64,000 bases of DNA from Mustelus asterias (lineage: Eukaryota), in NCBI RefSeq assembly GCF_964213995.1, contig NC_135810.1, positions 12,152,001 to 12,216,000 on the forward strand. The letters are read 5' to 3'. The notes under the pieces were generated by a model. It did not search any database and had not been told where the DNA came from. It worked only from the letters and a program-made list of their open reading frames with translations. Numbering within the stretch: the first letter of the stretch is position 1; each line of letters opens with the position of its first letter. Positions 48,803 through 61,627 of the stretch are shown here, piece after piece. Made by a program: the position numbers and the translations under genes.

Positions 48803-48930
48803 GGGGAGGAATTTTCCCGTTCCGCCTGCCACGGGAATCGTAGCGGGCAAAGGGCTGACCATGGGAAGTTCTGTAGACCTGGGGTGGAATTTTCCAGTCT
48901 TGGGGCGAGTGCAGCCAGAAAATCCTGCCC
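48803..48930. mobile_element. Short TIR element
   Basis: GGGGAGGAATTTTC ... GAAAATCCTGCCC; same family as 20910-21035. Confidence 0.6.
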
Positions 48931-49039
48931 TTGGACAACGGTTCCCAGATTGGAGAGGTTACAGTGCATTAACAAGTTACTTTCTTCATTGAAGCAGAGG
49001 AAAGCTTAGGGGGAGTATTAATAGTACAAGGAGAATCTT

Positions 49040-49865
49040 CACATATTATATATGGCTGAAAAAAGAAACATGCTCTAGAACCTTTTTGTCTTGACCTCAA
49101 CAGGATAGATGCAAGAATGCCAAATTTAAAAGGGAGCAACAATTTATATTGCTTGAAAAAAGGGCGCTGATTTGTTGGTAAGTCGAGTCTGATTGGTCGA
49201 GGCATTGTCATGGAGAATACACCATGGAAACTATTGCTCCCAATGCTTCTGTTGAATTCAAAAAAGCCATCAAACCAAAAAGACATTCTGCCTGAGTAAC
49301 GTGGTATATGAATTCAGTGCCAGTGTGTTGCCAGGTACGTAGACCATGCTTTCCAAAAACTGATAGAGTTTAACAACACACACCTTTGGTTGTTAACAAC
49401 AGACATATCAGTGACCATAATCAACCAGCTAATGGTTGCTAAGTCAGCACATAATGTCTGACATTAGGTATGACTCCTTGATTGGACAGCACTTGCTGAA
49501 CAATGTCGGGTGTGCTAAGAATCATACAAAAAACAATTTAAGATTATCAATGTGGCTCACTAACACTTGCTAGAAGCTACATATGTTACTACATAGGGAT
49601 CTGTCCTCTGCACCAAAGGGAACATTGTCCGGCCATTGCACCTTTTTTGAAGTAAACAAACGCATGGGGAACAATAGTTTCCCTGGTGCATTTTCAATGC
49701 AACACCCCGACAAATCAATATCAACTTGTCAACCAATCAGCACCCTTTTCTTAGGTAGCATAAATTGTTGCGCCCTTTGAAATTTGACATTCTTTTCTCT
49801 GACCTGATGAGTGAAAAGCTTCCTTTCAGAAATACCTCAAGTTCTATATGACTAAGTAACTATAT
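49040..49865. mobile_element. Penelope-like element (family 2) with ~250-bp diverged inverted arms
   Basis: 49060-49290 is homologous in reverse complement to 49610-49850; both outer ends carry hammerhead relics. Confidence 0.6.
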
Positions 49866-50752
49866 ATTAATTATAAAACCAGTGGAGATATCTATAGCGA
49901 GGTCTAACGAATTGAGCATTTCATAACATTGGCCCACTAAAACCTGCTATCAATACCTCTCCCACTTCCAATAGAGTTCAAACGCTCCTCTCCACAACAA
50001 AAATCATAGAAGTCCACAAGTTCAAATCAAAAATGTACTCCAATTATATTCAAGGCACATGTGCAGATTATGTAGCAATAAGAGAATAAGCTAAGGAATG
50101 GAATTCCTGTAGCACAAAATAGATCTTACATTTAATAAATTGGCAGGCTTGAAATGACTGCCAACTATGAGGAGTGACTCTGAGATAGACGCCGGCATTA
50201 TACCACTCCGCACAAGAATCGGAGCGAACAACGCAAAGGTCTGTTGACCTCAGGCTGGATTTTCCGGTCTCGAGTCGAGCTAAGCCGTAAAATCCCACCC
50301 ACTGTGTGGAAGGTACAACTGCTGTCTAGCCTATTTTTAAAAAAAATAAGTTCAATAGGATACTATCTGACAAATTCACAAAACAGACAGAATTCAGAAT
50401 CAAATTCTTTGCAACTCCTAATGCAAAAGACTTTGTCTTTTTCCACTTGAGTCATTCATCTCCACAGAGCATCTGTATTGCCCTGATTTGACCCTCACGT
50501 GTCTTGAAATCAAGGCAGACAATTTAGACTATTGGTAGTAAAATGGACTAACACTATGCAAACTCATTTGGTGCAAGACCCTTACCACCAGAGGCAATAG
50601 ATTTCCACTGCTCAGTTTGGATTGATTCCAAGTTTGAAACGTGGAAATCACCAAATGCCAAACCCCTGCTATTTCCAATAGCCAGACTTCCACTCCATTT
50701 TTCTAAAAACATGGCAATACCATGTAGTAAATCAAAGAAAAACCAGAATTAC

Positions 50753-50920
50753 CTCTTTGTTTTGTCCTTCTTCTCCATGGATCCAGACTGTGGCTTCCAA
50801 ATAGTTGTCCCTGTTGGATCGGAAGGTCCCTTGGAAGTAATGATTAGATTTTATGCCTTGGTGTATTCTGGACAAAGGCAGATGTTCTGCGAAGATCAGT
50901 CTACCACACTCTATTTCATT
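50753..50920 (-). CDS. DIS3: DIS3 exon 5
   Basis: NEIECGRLIFAEHLPLSRIHQGIKSNHYFQGTFRSNRDNYLEATVWIHGEEGQNKE; 168 nt. Confidence 0.96.
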
Positions 50921-51181
50921 CTACAGTGGAACAAAATTTTACTTTTGGTTACATTATGCATACCCAGTTAACCGTATTTCAGCAAAACAACTTAAGATTC
51001 ATACAGCTGAATAGGAGTATTGCATGTTAGGTGATATTTCTATTAATTTTCTACTGCAATTGAGAAAATCTGAGTCCACATTCTTTATTATGGTGCAGCA
51101 CAATGTACCTGGAATCATAGAATCGTACAGTGCAGGAGGCCATTCGGCCCATTGAGTTTGCACCGACCACAATCTTACCCA

Positions 51182-52201
51182 TTTATGACAAACTGTTCTG
51201 ATAACTTCACGTATGGTAACTTCTAACAGCATCGTTGATTAATATCCCTCAGACATAGATCTCCTCTAGGTCAATTTCTTGAAATGTTCGACTGCAACAT
51301 CACTGCGAGAGCATAATAACGACAAAGGCTGCAGCAGGCAAGGAAAAGACCCAATAAGCAGCTTCTCAGGGTATTGCTGCGAAGCTGGGTAGAGTAATTG
51401 TAGATTGGTGTTTGTAAAATGCTAGGGAGAAAGCATTGCATGGTCCCTTTAAAAGGTGGTGCTTTTTCTGTGCTTAGAGAGTTAAAAAAATGCAAGTACA
51501 TAAGGAGCTCCAAACTGAAACTGAAAGGCCAAGCAGCAATTCTTAAACAAGACAACAGGCTTTTGAATTTAGCCAATCAATTTGAATTAGGCACTTAGAT
51601 ACCAAGAACCTATTAAATTTAAATCTGATGGTCTTGACAATCTAGGTCTAATCCTATTGTGGGAAATATTGAAAAGTCATCACAGGTATAAAAGAAGGGG
51701 GCAGTGGGACAAAAAGGAGAGAGCAACTGCCAGCTGCCACAGCTCTCAGCTGAAAACACCATCTAGACAGCAATGGTAACAAAGAAGAAAGAAGTTCCAG
51801 ACAGAAGAATCAACAGAGACGGCCCAGAATATTCCGGAAGACACAAACCCTGGTTGTAATTTAGAGAGTGACTAAATTCATTTTTTTGTTAGAGTGGGAA
51901 TTGTATTTATTTGAACAGCACACCATTAGAATCTTGTGTTATTTGGGAATAGTTAATAGTTAGAAGGGACTTATTTGGTTTGTTAATAGTTCAGTAAATT
52001 TGTTCACTGTTAGTTAAATAAATAAATTGTTATGTGTTGATTTTAGAATGAGTGTCGGGGATTTATTTTGTATTTAACTACTAGGAGTTGCTAAAGAGCA
52101 GGTCACACCACTTCACACACTTTTTAAACAGATTATGAGGCAAGGTAGTCTCTCTTTGGTTGTTAGTTTTCAGAGGGGGGATCAACCTCTGCTTTATAAC
52201 A
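51182..52201 (+). mobile_element. Probable solo LTR, antisense to DIS3
   Basis: TTTATGA...TTATAACA ends; CCAAT at ~51574, TATAAAA at ~51687, AATAAA at ~52017; abuts a truncated SINE tail at 51112-51180. Confidence 0.5.
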
Positions 52202-52730
52202 GTATGTAGCTGGGCAAATGTTTTGCCAGCCTACCCATGCCCAAGAACCTTTTTTAAAAATACAAAAAATTGATATTAGGACAATTGGATATGATAAAGT
52301 TCCTACTTTATTAGCAAGAGCAATTTGCATTCTTCTGTGAAGGTCTCAAACCAAAATCTCAAATCACGGACATCATGTTGACCTTTGTGTTGTTCTAACG
52401 TTTTTAAATATTCTTTTCTATATTATTAGGATTATATACACAAGATAACAGCTACTGTGCCAATTAATTGTAGATTCTATCTTTACATTTCAATCAACCA
52501 ATGGTGCATCAATACAAAATAAAGGATATATTATGGTCATGCACTCAGGCTGCATATCAGCAAAGGTTTGTGCGTGAGATCTTGACAAACAAATACAGAA
52601 AATTACTCAATCCAAAAACTGACATCACTACAATTTTCCTTGTAAAATAACACAAGACAAAATGAAACATTAGAACCTCTCAGCTTCCCCACACCCTGAC
52701 CCATAGAGCAATCTTGAGAAGGGTACTTAC

Positions 52731-52804
52731 AAATGCATCTGAAATACAAGCTAGCCGATCAACAAGTTCAGGATTCGCAACCAAACTCTTGATATATTCA
52801 TCAC
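52731..52804 (-). CDS. DIS3: DIS3 exon 4
   Basis: (C)DEYIKSLVANPELVDRLACISDAF; 74 nt. Confidence 0.95.
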
Positions 52805-53467
52805 CTAAAAGCAAGGGGTGGAGGGATGAAATGGTCACCATTGAACAGTACAAAATCTAAATCACTCCATTGGAAGAATAGTACGATCAATATTACATGA
52901 ATGAAAATAGCTAAACAAAATCAGCCAAGGACTGTGTTGTAAAATTGTGACCTAATGAAATATTCACATTTCAATCATATCTGCTTTATATTAGCATCCA
53001 TTCCAGTAATTCACAAGAATGACTGTTAATCCATCACTAACTTTCATATTTTTAATACGTAACAGAAATCTTGCAAATTTATTTATTATTGGCTGCAGGA
53101 TGCTCTGAAATTGGTTCTGAACGAGTCGGTTTTGCTCAAAACCAAACACTCAAAGATTATGAGTTATTGAAAGCTTGTACATTTACCCTTGCTAATTCAA
53201 TTTCAGCTGTTAATGCTTGTTCAATTATTCTTAGATTTCACATCTTATCATGTTAAAATTGACTATGTTACGTGATTTCTTTTTTTTAAGCCACACTAAT
53301 TTCGAATTTAGGAAGCAACTCGTGATAACTTTGGAAAATTTATTTTTAGAATGAAAATGGCACCAAAGATACTAGCACTTGTCTTATTGCATAGCTAATG
53401 GAAAGTCGAAGGATGAGCAGGCTCTACCTTTTGGTACTGACAAGACCCGGTTTATATTTATTAACAA

Positions 53468-53920
53468 TTCATAGAAATCATAGGATCCCTACAGTGCGCA
53501 AAGAGGCCATTTGGCCTATCTAGTCTGCACCGACCCTCTGAAGCATATTCACCATAGCTAATCCACCTAACCTACACACTAGGGGCAATTTACCACGGCC
53601 AATTCATAGAATCCTACTGTGGAGAAGGAAGAGTATTCAGCCCATTGAGTCTGCACTGACTACAATCCCACCGAGGCCCTATGCCCACGTCTCAATGCAC
53701 CCTAGCTAGTCCCCCTGACACTAAGGAGCAATGTAGCATGGCCAATCCACCTAACCCGCGCATCTTTGGACTGTGGGAGGAAACCAGAGCACCCAGAGGA
53801 AACCCACATAGACACGGGGAGAATGTGCAAACTCCACACAGACGTGACACAAGCCGGGAATCGAACCCAGGTCTCTGGCACTGTGAGACAGCAGTGTTAA
53901 CCATTGTACCACCGTGCCGC
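53468..53920 (-). mobile_element. Two tandem or nested HE1-like V-SINEs (tail A)
   Basis: Tail copies start at ~53468 and ~53604; full head at ~53920. Confidence 0.8.
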
Positions 53921-54619
53921 CTAATTGTATCAAAGGGCGGAATTCTCCCATATTGACTAAGTGCTGTGGCAGGGAGGGAATGTTGATTGTTTCCTGCTGC
54001 AGAGGCCAGTGGAAAAACATGCCATATTTCTGGACCCAACCTCAATAATTAAGCACCCAGGTGTTTTGTGCCATTTTCCAAAGCAGGGCAAGCCTGCCGG
54101 TGCCTAACATCACTGACAACTTGATCTTCAGGAACAGTGAGGCTGGATGATGGACCTTCTCAATGACACTGAATCTGGAAGATCCACCTATAGATGCTCC
54201 CCCAACCCATTGCTGCAGTGTCCCAGGCGCCATGATTGCTGGCAGCCTCCATTCCAAACTCTGGAAGCAGCCCCCGGCATTGTTTAGATGAGTCCCGACA
54301 TCTGGAGGCCACATTGCTCCAAGAGTGCTTTGGAGCGGTGTGTTTTATTGCCGGCGTCGCAAAGAATCAGGAGTGGGTGGAAGATTCCGACTGGGCCTTC
54401 TTCTACATCCCATGAGCAGGTTGAAAATTAGTTTGATGGTGTTTTTCGACACCAGCGGAGGATCCAGCAGGAAATTCACGCTGGCATGAAATTGATTTCT
54501 GAACCTCTCGTCATATTGTCTTCCCAGACCCGTCATCAAATCCACCAAAGTCTTCTTTCTTCTTAACCATTCCTTCCGGATTGAGGATGACTTACTTTCA
54601 CTCCGGTTCAAAGGGTTCT

Positions 54620-55150
54620 ATCTAATGCATGATCTGAAGACTCTGCCACATTTGTGGCAGATGGTACTTAGAGCACTGGGATGTTTATGTGCTCTCTCCA
54701 ACTTCTCCTTTAGCTGCTCCCAACTCTCCTGATGTGTTCAGTGCCTTCCCAAATGACCCTTCTCCATTTTGGTCAGGCACAAGCCAGGGACTCCCATGAT
54801 TCAGTGAGAATGTTTGACCTGCTCAGGGATGCATTTCCTTTGTCCTCCTGGGAGTCTCCTTTCTCAACTAAGTTCAGAGCAGAGATGTTGTTTTGGGATC
54901 TGGTGTCAGGTATACGAATGACATGAGCTACCCAGCAGTCATTAGCACCTCGATGCCAGGCATGTTGATTTTGGAGAGGATGCTGCTGTTGGAGCCTCTT
55001 TCTTGCCACCAGATTTGCAGGATCTTGCAAAGGTACCACTGGTGGTAACTTCTCCAGTACTTTGATGTGTCTGCTATAGGTTGATATCATCATGTCAAAA
55101 TGCCATCTAGAGACATGACTGAATTGGACAGAGTGGGCATTTTTGCCATT
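54620..55150 (-). mobile_element. RTE (BovB-like) LINE 3' fragment
   Basis: WVAHVIRIPDTR, WESLACA.PKWRRVIWEG and terminal CHKCGRVFRS zinc-finger-like motif, typical of the RTE ORF C-terminus. Confidence 0.7.
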
Positions 55151-55479
55151 TTTAATGGGGTACACACTCCACACAAACATTTTATACAAATTTCGCTACA
55201 CATTCTTTAAACCTGCTTAAAACAAATATAACTGGTGACAAACCTGTTTACTTCATAAATTACTCCACTTAGCAATAGCAAAGAACAAACTTTCACATGC
55301 ATTAATATTGCTCACTACAAGAGACTAATTATTAACCCTAATCCTTTGTGTCCTGTTGGTAATGGTTTATGCTGGGTTAGAATTCCATGAACGGCAAGAG
55401 CCCTATGGATCATTTTTCACACGTGGGACTATATTCAGCAATGTTAACACGTTATTTGATCATGAGAGTCAATGTCCCT

Positions 55480-56960
55480 AATAGAATAAATGACTGAACG
55501 CCATGGGATCCAGTACCACACCAAACATCCTAACTGTTCCAGGATAGCTAATACACTGGCATCTACCCAGCAATGTAGAAAATGGCACGATACATTCTGT
55601 TTGCAAAAAGCAGGATAAATCCAACCCAACTAATTACACTCATCGCCATTGTTCTGCTCCCGATCATCAAAGTAATGGTAGCACTGTCATTGACATCTTC
55701 CAAGTGGCATTTAATCAACAGTAACCTGCCCAATGACACTCTGTGTTCCACCAGGCCCATTCAGTTCCTGACCTAATTTACAGCCTTATTCCAAAACAGC
55801 TGGACTCAAGAGGGGATGCGAGTGTGATTATCCTATATTTCAGGACAGCATCCGACCAAGTGTAGTATCAAGGAACCGTAGCAAAGCTGAAGTCAATGGG
55901 GATCTGGGGTGAACTCGCCACTGGTTGGAGTCATAATTAATACAAAGGGAGATGGCTGTGGTTATTGCAGGTCAATCATCTCAGCACCAGGTCATCACTG
56001 CAGGAATTCCTTGGATAGTGTCCTAGGCCCAATCACCTTCAGCTGCTTCATCAATAACTTTCCCTTCTCCAGTAGGTCAGAAATTAGGATGTTTGCAAAT
56101 TACTGCACAATGTTCAGCACCATTTGTGATTCCGCATATGCTTAAACAGTCCATATCCACATGCAGCAAGATCAAGACAATATTCAGGTTTGGGCTAATA
56201 AGTGGTACATTTGCACATCACAGAAGTACCAGGCAATAACCATCCCAACAGTGAGAATCCTTCCATCTCCCCCTGACATTCAATGGCATTACCATAGCTG
56301 AATCCCTGACCATAAACATCTTGGGGATTTACGACTGATCAGAAACTGAACTGGACCAACTATTTAAACACCATGACGACAAGAACAGGTCAGAGACTGG
56401 AAATTATATGGTAGGAAACTCACCTCCTGACTCCCAAAAGCACAAATCAGGATGATGATGGAATACTTTCCACTTGCCTGGATGATTGCAGCTCCAATAA
56501 CACTCAAGAAACTCAAAACCACCCAGAACAAAGCAGTCTACATGATTAGCACCCCTATCCACCAACCTAAGAATTCACTCCCTCTATCACCAATGCTCCA
56601 TGGCAGCAATGTATACAAGGTACACAGCTGCAACTTACCAAGGCTCCTTCATACAGCACTTTCCAAACCCATAACCTCTACCACCTAGGAGGACAGTAGA
56701 TGCATGCAAACATCACCACCTACAATTTCCGCTCCTACCGATACACTATTTTGGCTTGGAACTAAATTGGTGTTCCTTCACTGTTGCTGGGTCAAATTCC
56801 TGGAGCTCCCTTCCTAATGTACTATGGGTGTACTACAGTACATGGTCTGCAGCAGTTCAAAAAGGCAACTCACCACCACTTTCTCAAGGGTCATTAGGGA
56901 TGGACAATAATTGCTGGCTTAGCCAGTGATGCCCACATCTCATGAAATATGAATATTTTT
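55480..56960 (+). mobile_element. CR1/L2-group LINE, same family as 1-2140
   Basis: SVLGPITFSCFINNFP, MFANYCT, MMEYFPLAWM; tail GGACAATAATTGCTGGCTTAGCCAGTGATGCCCACATCTCATGAAA. Confidence 0.75.
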
Positions 56961-57256
56961 ATTGAACCATTACAAGAGCCTCAGGAGGATGTAACTGGTA
57001 AGAGAACCATGTTAATTTCATCATATGCTTGTCAATTACTGATATCTGGAGTATAGCTCGATATTTACTGTTCTCTGCCCATTTTATATAATCAGAAAAT
57101 CACCCACTTCTACTGTTGCCTTTTCCAGAGAATAAATCACACTTTTCAAGCAGTATATTATAAAGAATTTTACTAATACCCCAGAAGGGCTTGTGAACAA
57201 ATTTTCCACAGATAAAGAAATATATCTTGAATTCTACAAACCCCCCCAATACTTAC

Positions 57257-57453
57257 ATGTAAATGCCACCAGACCATCTTCCACAGCACGCTCTTTGTTT
57301 TTTCTGTCATTTGTTATTAAGATAACCTGAGGTTGAACAGTGTTGTTTTGCGATTTTTTAAGATGTTCGTTGTACCATTTTACCGCTATCCGTATTGCTC
57401 GGTCGTTTCTGTCATTTGCACTTTCACCTTGTTCTTGTTCTATATAGGTGTCT
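57257..57453 (-). CDS. DIS3: DIS3 exon 3 (PIN domain)
   Basis: DTYIEQEQGESANDRNDRAIRIAVKWYNEHLKK...ILITNDRKNKE...AFT; 197 nt. Confidence 0.96.
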
Positions 57454-58814
57454 CTGAGGAGGCAGCACGCGTCACAAGTTACAAACTTCTTTTAAAGTGA
57501 ATTCACCTTGATTTCTCATTTACTGATAGGTAAATCTATAATGAGGTCACAATATATTCTCGGCTACATAGTGGCTTTTTGAAAACTGAGCACAGACCTT
57601 TTCACTGAACATATTACAATGAGAATAACATAATTTCTAGCTATGAGGTGGATCATCAATAAGTTCAGATACTGGCAAACAGTTTATAAAATGTCACTTC
57701 AACTATGGGATGAGTCAGTAGTTTCAACACTCCTAGGTACCTTTTTTATACTTTAAATCATGACTCAAGAATTTGCGGGTTGCTGGGATTGTTTTATTCT
57801 GTCTGTTGACAGTGGGCATCACTGTGTGAATAATCTTGGTCAGAGCATTGAATCCTGTTGCTACATGATGGTATCAACACTAAAGAAATATGATTGTAAT
57901 ATGTTGCACAGATTTGTTAATATGAACTAATTATTTAAAGAACAATTGTCATTACATAATATTCATTTAATTGATATAGATCTTTTAATGCAATAAAATG
58001 TTTCAAGGCATTCGCAGGAGAGTTAAAGTCTTTTCTGTTCAAAAGGCCACGAGTCAGAGAAGTGCAGTAACTTCAGAGGGTTTCAACAAAGGACTTCACC
58101 AATCCAATTTTATTTGAAAAATCTCTCTTGGAAACATGTTTAGGTCATGACAGCTGTGATACTCTACAACTATAAACACCTTTTCTAAAAATCTCACTGT
58201 GATATTCCTAGATATAAAAACAGATGGAGCGAAGGAAAGGATGAGAGGGGACAAGTTGGGAAATTCAGGATCGGAAATTGTGGTGGTCTTGCATTTCCTT
58301 ATCACCACATGCCACCCATTCATTGGTTTCAACAAACAGAAACACACAATGATTTTCATTCTCCCAGCTAAGGGCATTTGTAACAATTAGATTGTTGCCC
58401 CGAGTGAGATTGGCTATCAACCTGTTTTTTCTGCCCAGCAACCCATCTGATTAAGAGGATAGGACTGCAATTCAACACTTGCTATAATTACCAATAAATA
58501 AGAGTACTTTATCTAATTTTATTCAGTAAAGGCAAAAAACTGGAGAGCAACCTGCCATTCCTTCATGTCTAAATCAGAAAAAACATTTGTAATTTCCCAC
58601 CAAGGAACAAAATTCAGATTTCAATAGCATCAGATGGTTAACTCAACACAATAATGCCTTCATCCAGAACAGAGCTTCACTCTCTCACATTACAGAGGAA
58701 ACTACCACATGTTGAGAGTTAGGCAAGGAGTTGGAAGAAACATCAGCATGTTTTCTGAGCAAGATTGAATGCTAAGCACTAAATCCTAAATGTTCATGTT
58801 TTATCTTCTCTTAC

Positions 58815-58972
58815 TTGTGATGTTCGTTGGTGAAAGTGTAAAAATGTTTTTCAGCGTTGTTAATCACGTCCTTAATTCTTTTGTATACGGGAGCACTTCG
58901 ATGCCTGACCTCTTGCAGTACTGTCTGCAGGATCACCACATTCTGAATCGCAGGATCCTCAAGGATATCAAT
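58815..58972 (-). CDS. DIS3: DIS3 exon 2 (PIN domain)
   Basis: IDILEDPAIQNVVILQTVLQEVRHRSAPVYKRIKDVINNAEKHFYTFTNEHH(K); 158 nt. Confidence 0.96.
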
Positions 58973-59273
58973 CTAATTTTTTAAAAAGTAACGCCCAAAA
59001 GAATTACAATAATCACAAAACTATTTCAAATCTATGTTTGTATTCAATCAGAATCATCGTTTCTTTAAACATTTGCAGGAATCTCATGCACTCATAATTA
59101 ATTACAATTTAAAACAGGAGGACAATTGGCACCAATAGGGAGTGAGAAAGTCACAGCAGCTCAATGAGTGGTATTCCACCTCCTGCATTAGAAAGTTGTG
59201 GGTTCAAGTTCTACTTCAGACACTGGATCTCACAAATCTGGGGCACTCCAGTGCAGTAGAACTGGTAAGCATT

Positions 59274-59490
59274 AAAATTAGAAAGTGATGCGAAAAACTC
59301 AGCAGGTGTGACAGTTTCTATGAAGAGAGAAACAGATAATATTTCAAATGCAATATTCAACAAAACAATTCCAAAGTCTTATTGGACTCAAAACATTAAC
59401 TACATTTCTCGCTGCCAGTCCTGCTCAGTTTTTTCCAACATTTTCTGATTTTATTACATCTCCAGAATCAGCAGCATTTTGTTTTCATTT
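59274..59490. mobile_element. Decayed inverted pair of Penelope-like termini
   Basis: AAAAACTCAGCAGG...GAGAGAAACAG versus CATTTCTC...CCTGCTCAGTTTTTTCC; relic GACTCAAAACATTAACT. Confidence 0.5.
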
Positions 59491-60009
59491 TAGGTTCCTC
59501 TTTTTGGGAACCACCTGCCATAGTGGATTGTGGACTCCAGTATTAGATACTATATGTAACACACCGTGCTACACGTGGGGTCACCTGATCTGGTGGTTGA
59601 AGGTCAGATAGCATACATTAGAAATGCATTGTAGATGTGCGTTTATGATGGGAAAATGTGTTATCAATAAAGTTAGTTCAACAGCAATGATGTTGGTCGA
59701 CATGCATTATTAAAAAAGACACCAGGCATAAAAAAAATGGAAGCTGCCTGTCTGGCTGGAAAAGGTGATGATAGGTGATATATAAATGTAAATCTTTACA
59801 AATTGTGGGATGTGTGAATGGACATCCTTGTCAACACACACGCGGCTTCAAAAAGTGGCCTGACGCGATACGTAACTGAAATTATTTTCAAAATTGTTTG
59901 TAGGGGAGGGGTGGATGGATGAACAAATATCCTTGCTCCCAATCCGTTCCCCATTTTTTTTAAGGGACCAGAATGAAAAAACAGAAAATGTTTGTTTGGC
60001 TTTAAATTA

Positions 60010-60228
60010 GGCCACTGGACCCAACGAGTCTGCTCTGCCATTCAATCATGGCTGATATTTTTCTAATCCCCATTCTCCTGCCTTTTCCCTATAATCCCTG
60101 ATCCTCTTGTTAATCAAGAATCTATCTCTGTCTTAAAGACACTCAATGACCTGGCCTCCACAGCCTTCTGAGGCAAAGAGTTCCACAGATTCACCACCCT
60201 CTGGCTGAAGAAATTCCTCCTCATTTCA
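60010..60228 (-). mobile_element. CR1 LINE 3' fragment in DIS3 intron 1
   Basis: EMRRNFFSQRVVNLWNSLPQKAVEARSLSVFKTEID. Confidence 0.85.
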
Positions 60229-60322
60229 AAGGCGGCGGTATATAAATGCAGACTTTTCCCAAAGGAGGCGAAAGGCGATATGTAAATGCAGCACATGGTC
60301 ACATTACCCGCCCCCCCTTTAC

Positions 60323-60598
60323 CTGGTGAAGCACCACGTTGGTGTCCGGCAGCACATAGTGAGGCTCCGGACACAGCTGGCTGGAGGTGTGGGGCTGGTC
60401 AGTGAGGCGGCCGCAGCCGGGCCTGGGCCTGGAGTTGGGGCTGAGCTCCGCTCCCGGTGCTCCCCCGGCCGCCGAGCCCCTGCACTCCTCGCACGGAGCC
60501 CAGCCGCACAAGATGTCGTCCCGCAGGTAATGCTCCCTCACCACCTTCAGCACGCCGCCCGAGCGCGTCTTCTTGATGAAACTCTTGGACTTTAACAT
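60323..60598 (-). CDS. DIS3: DIS3 (exosome catalytic subunit RRP44) exon 1
   Basis: MLKSKSFIKKTRSGGVLKVVREHYLRDDILCGWAPCEEC...HYVLPDTNVVLHQ with CR3 cysteines and the PIN PDTN motif; donor GTAAAG; the 21 exons join in frame to 2925 nt (974 aa). Confidence 0.97.
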
Positions 60599-60790
60599 CC
60601 CTCCCCCGCCGCCTCTCCCGCCTTCCCAACCGAAACAAAATTCAAAACTTTAAATCCAACCGCCGCCAACTGCACCGGCCCCGGGAGAGGAAAGACTGTC
60701 AACCCGGGTGGCCGACTGAAAGCCTACAGTTCACCCCCTCCCTTACTGTCAAACACCCAAACAACACTCAACTCAGAACTAAGTAAATCC
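60599..60790. promoter_or_regulatory. CpG-rich DIS3 5' UTR and promoter, possibly bidirectional with PIBF1
   Basis: GC/CpG-rich sequence upstream of the ATG; human DIS3 is head-to-head with PIBF1, but no PIBF1 coding exon is seen in this window. Confidence 0.5.
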
Positions 60791-61020
60791 CCTTTCTCCC
60801 CATCATTTCCCCCCAAGCGTGCAAAAATACATTTTTAAAAAGCGGGAAAACCAGCTCAAATTGGTCAAAAGACCTAGTTTTTTCTTAAATCAGGAAGACT
60901 GGAGTCCCATTAAGGTTTACAAGCCCATTTCGGATAACTTTTACTGGTATCCCTTAAGTCAGATAGGTTTTACTCGTATCACTTAAGTTTTGGACCATTT
61001 TGGATAAGTTTTCCTGGTAT

Positions 61021-61346
61021 TCCCTACAGTGCAGAAGGAGGCCATTCGCCACATTGAATCTGCACCGACAACAATCCCACCCAGGCCCTATCTCCACAAC
61101 CCCACACATTTACCAAGGCGAATCCCTCTAACCTACACATTCTGGGACACTAAGGGGCAATTTAGCATAGCCAATCAACCTAAGCTGCACATCTTTGGAG
61201 TGTGGGAGGAAACCGGAGCACCCGGAGGAAACCCACACAAAGGGAGAATGTGCAAACTCCACACAGACAGTGACCCTAGCCGGGAATCGAACCCAGGTCC
61301 CTGGAGCTGTGAGGTAGCAGTACTAACCACTGTGCTACCATGCAGC
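61021..61346 (-). mobile_element. HE1-like V-SINE in the left palindrome arm
   Basis: Head, V-domain and tail A. Confidence 0.88.
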
Positions 61347-61627
61347 CCAGGTTCCTTAGGTTTTAGACCATTTCAGTTAAGTTTTACCAGTATGCCTTAA
61401 GCTTTAGACCATTCCGGATAGATTTTACCATGATTCCTAAAGTTTTAGCCCATTTTGGATGCATTCTACCAGTATTCCTTAAACCTAAAACTTAAGGAAT
61501 ACTGGTAAAATGCATCCAAAATGGTCTAAAACTTTAGGAATCACGGTAAAATCTATCCGGAATGGTCTAAAGCTTAAGGCATACTGGTAAAACTTAACTG
61601 AAATGGTCTAAAACCTAAGGAACCTGG

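Noticed and set aside
33471-60598. U12-type introns or DIS3 pseudogenisation
   Set aside because: All junctions found are ordinary GT-AG without the GTATCCT signature, and the reading frame and catalytic motifs are intact
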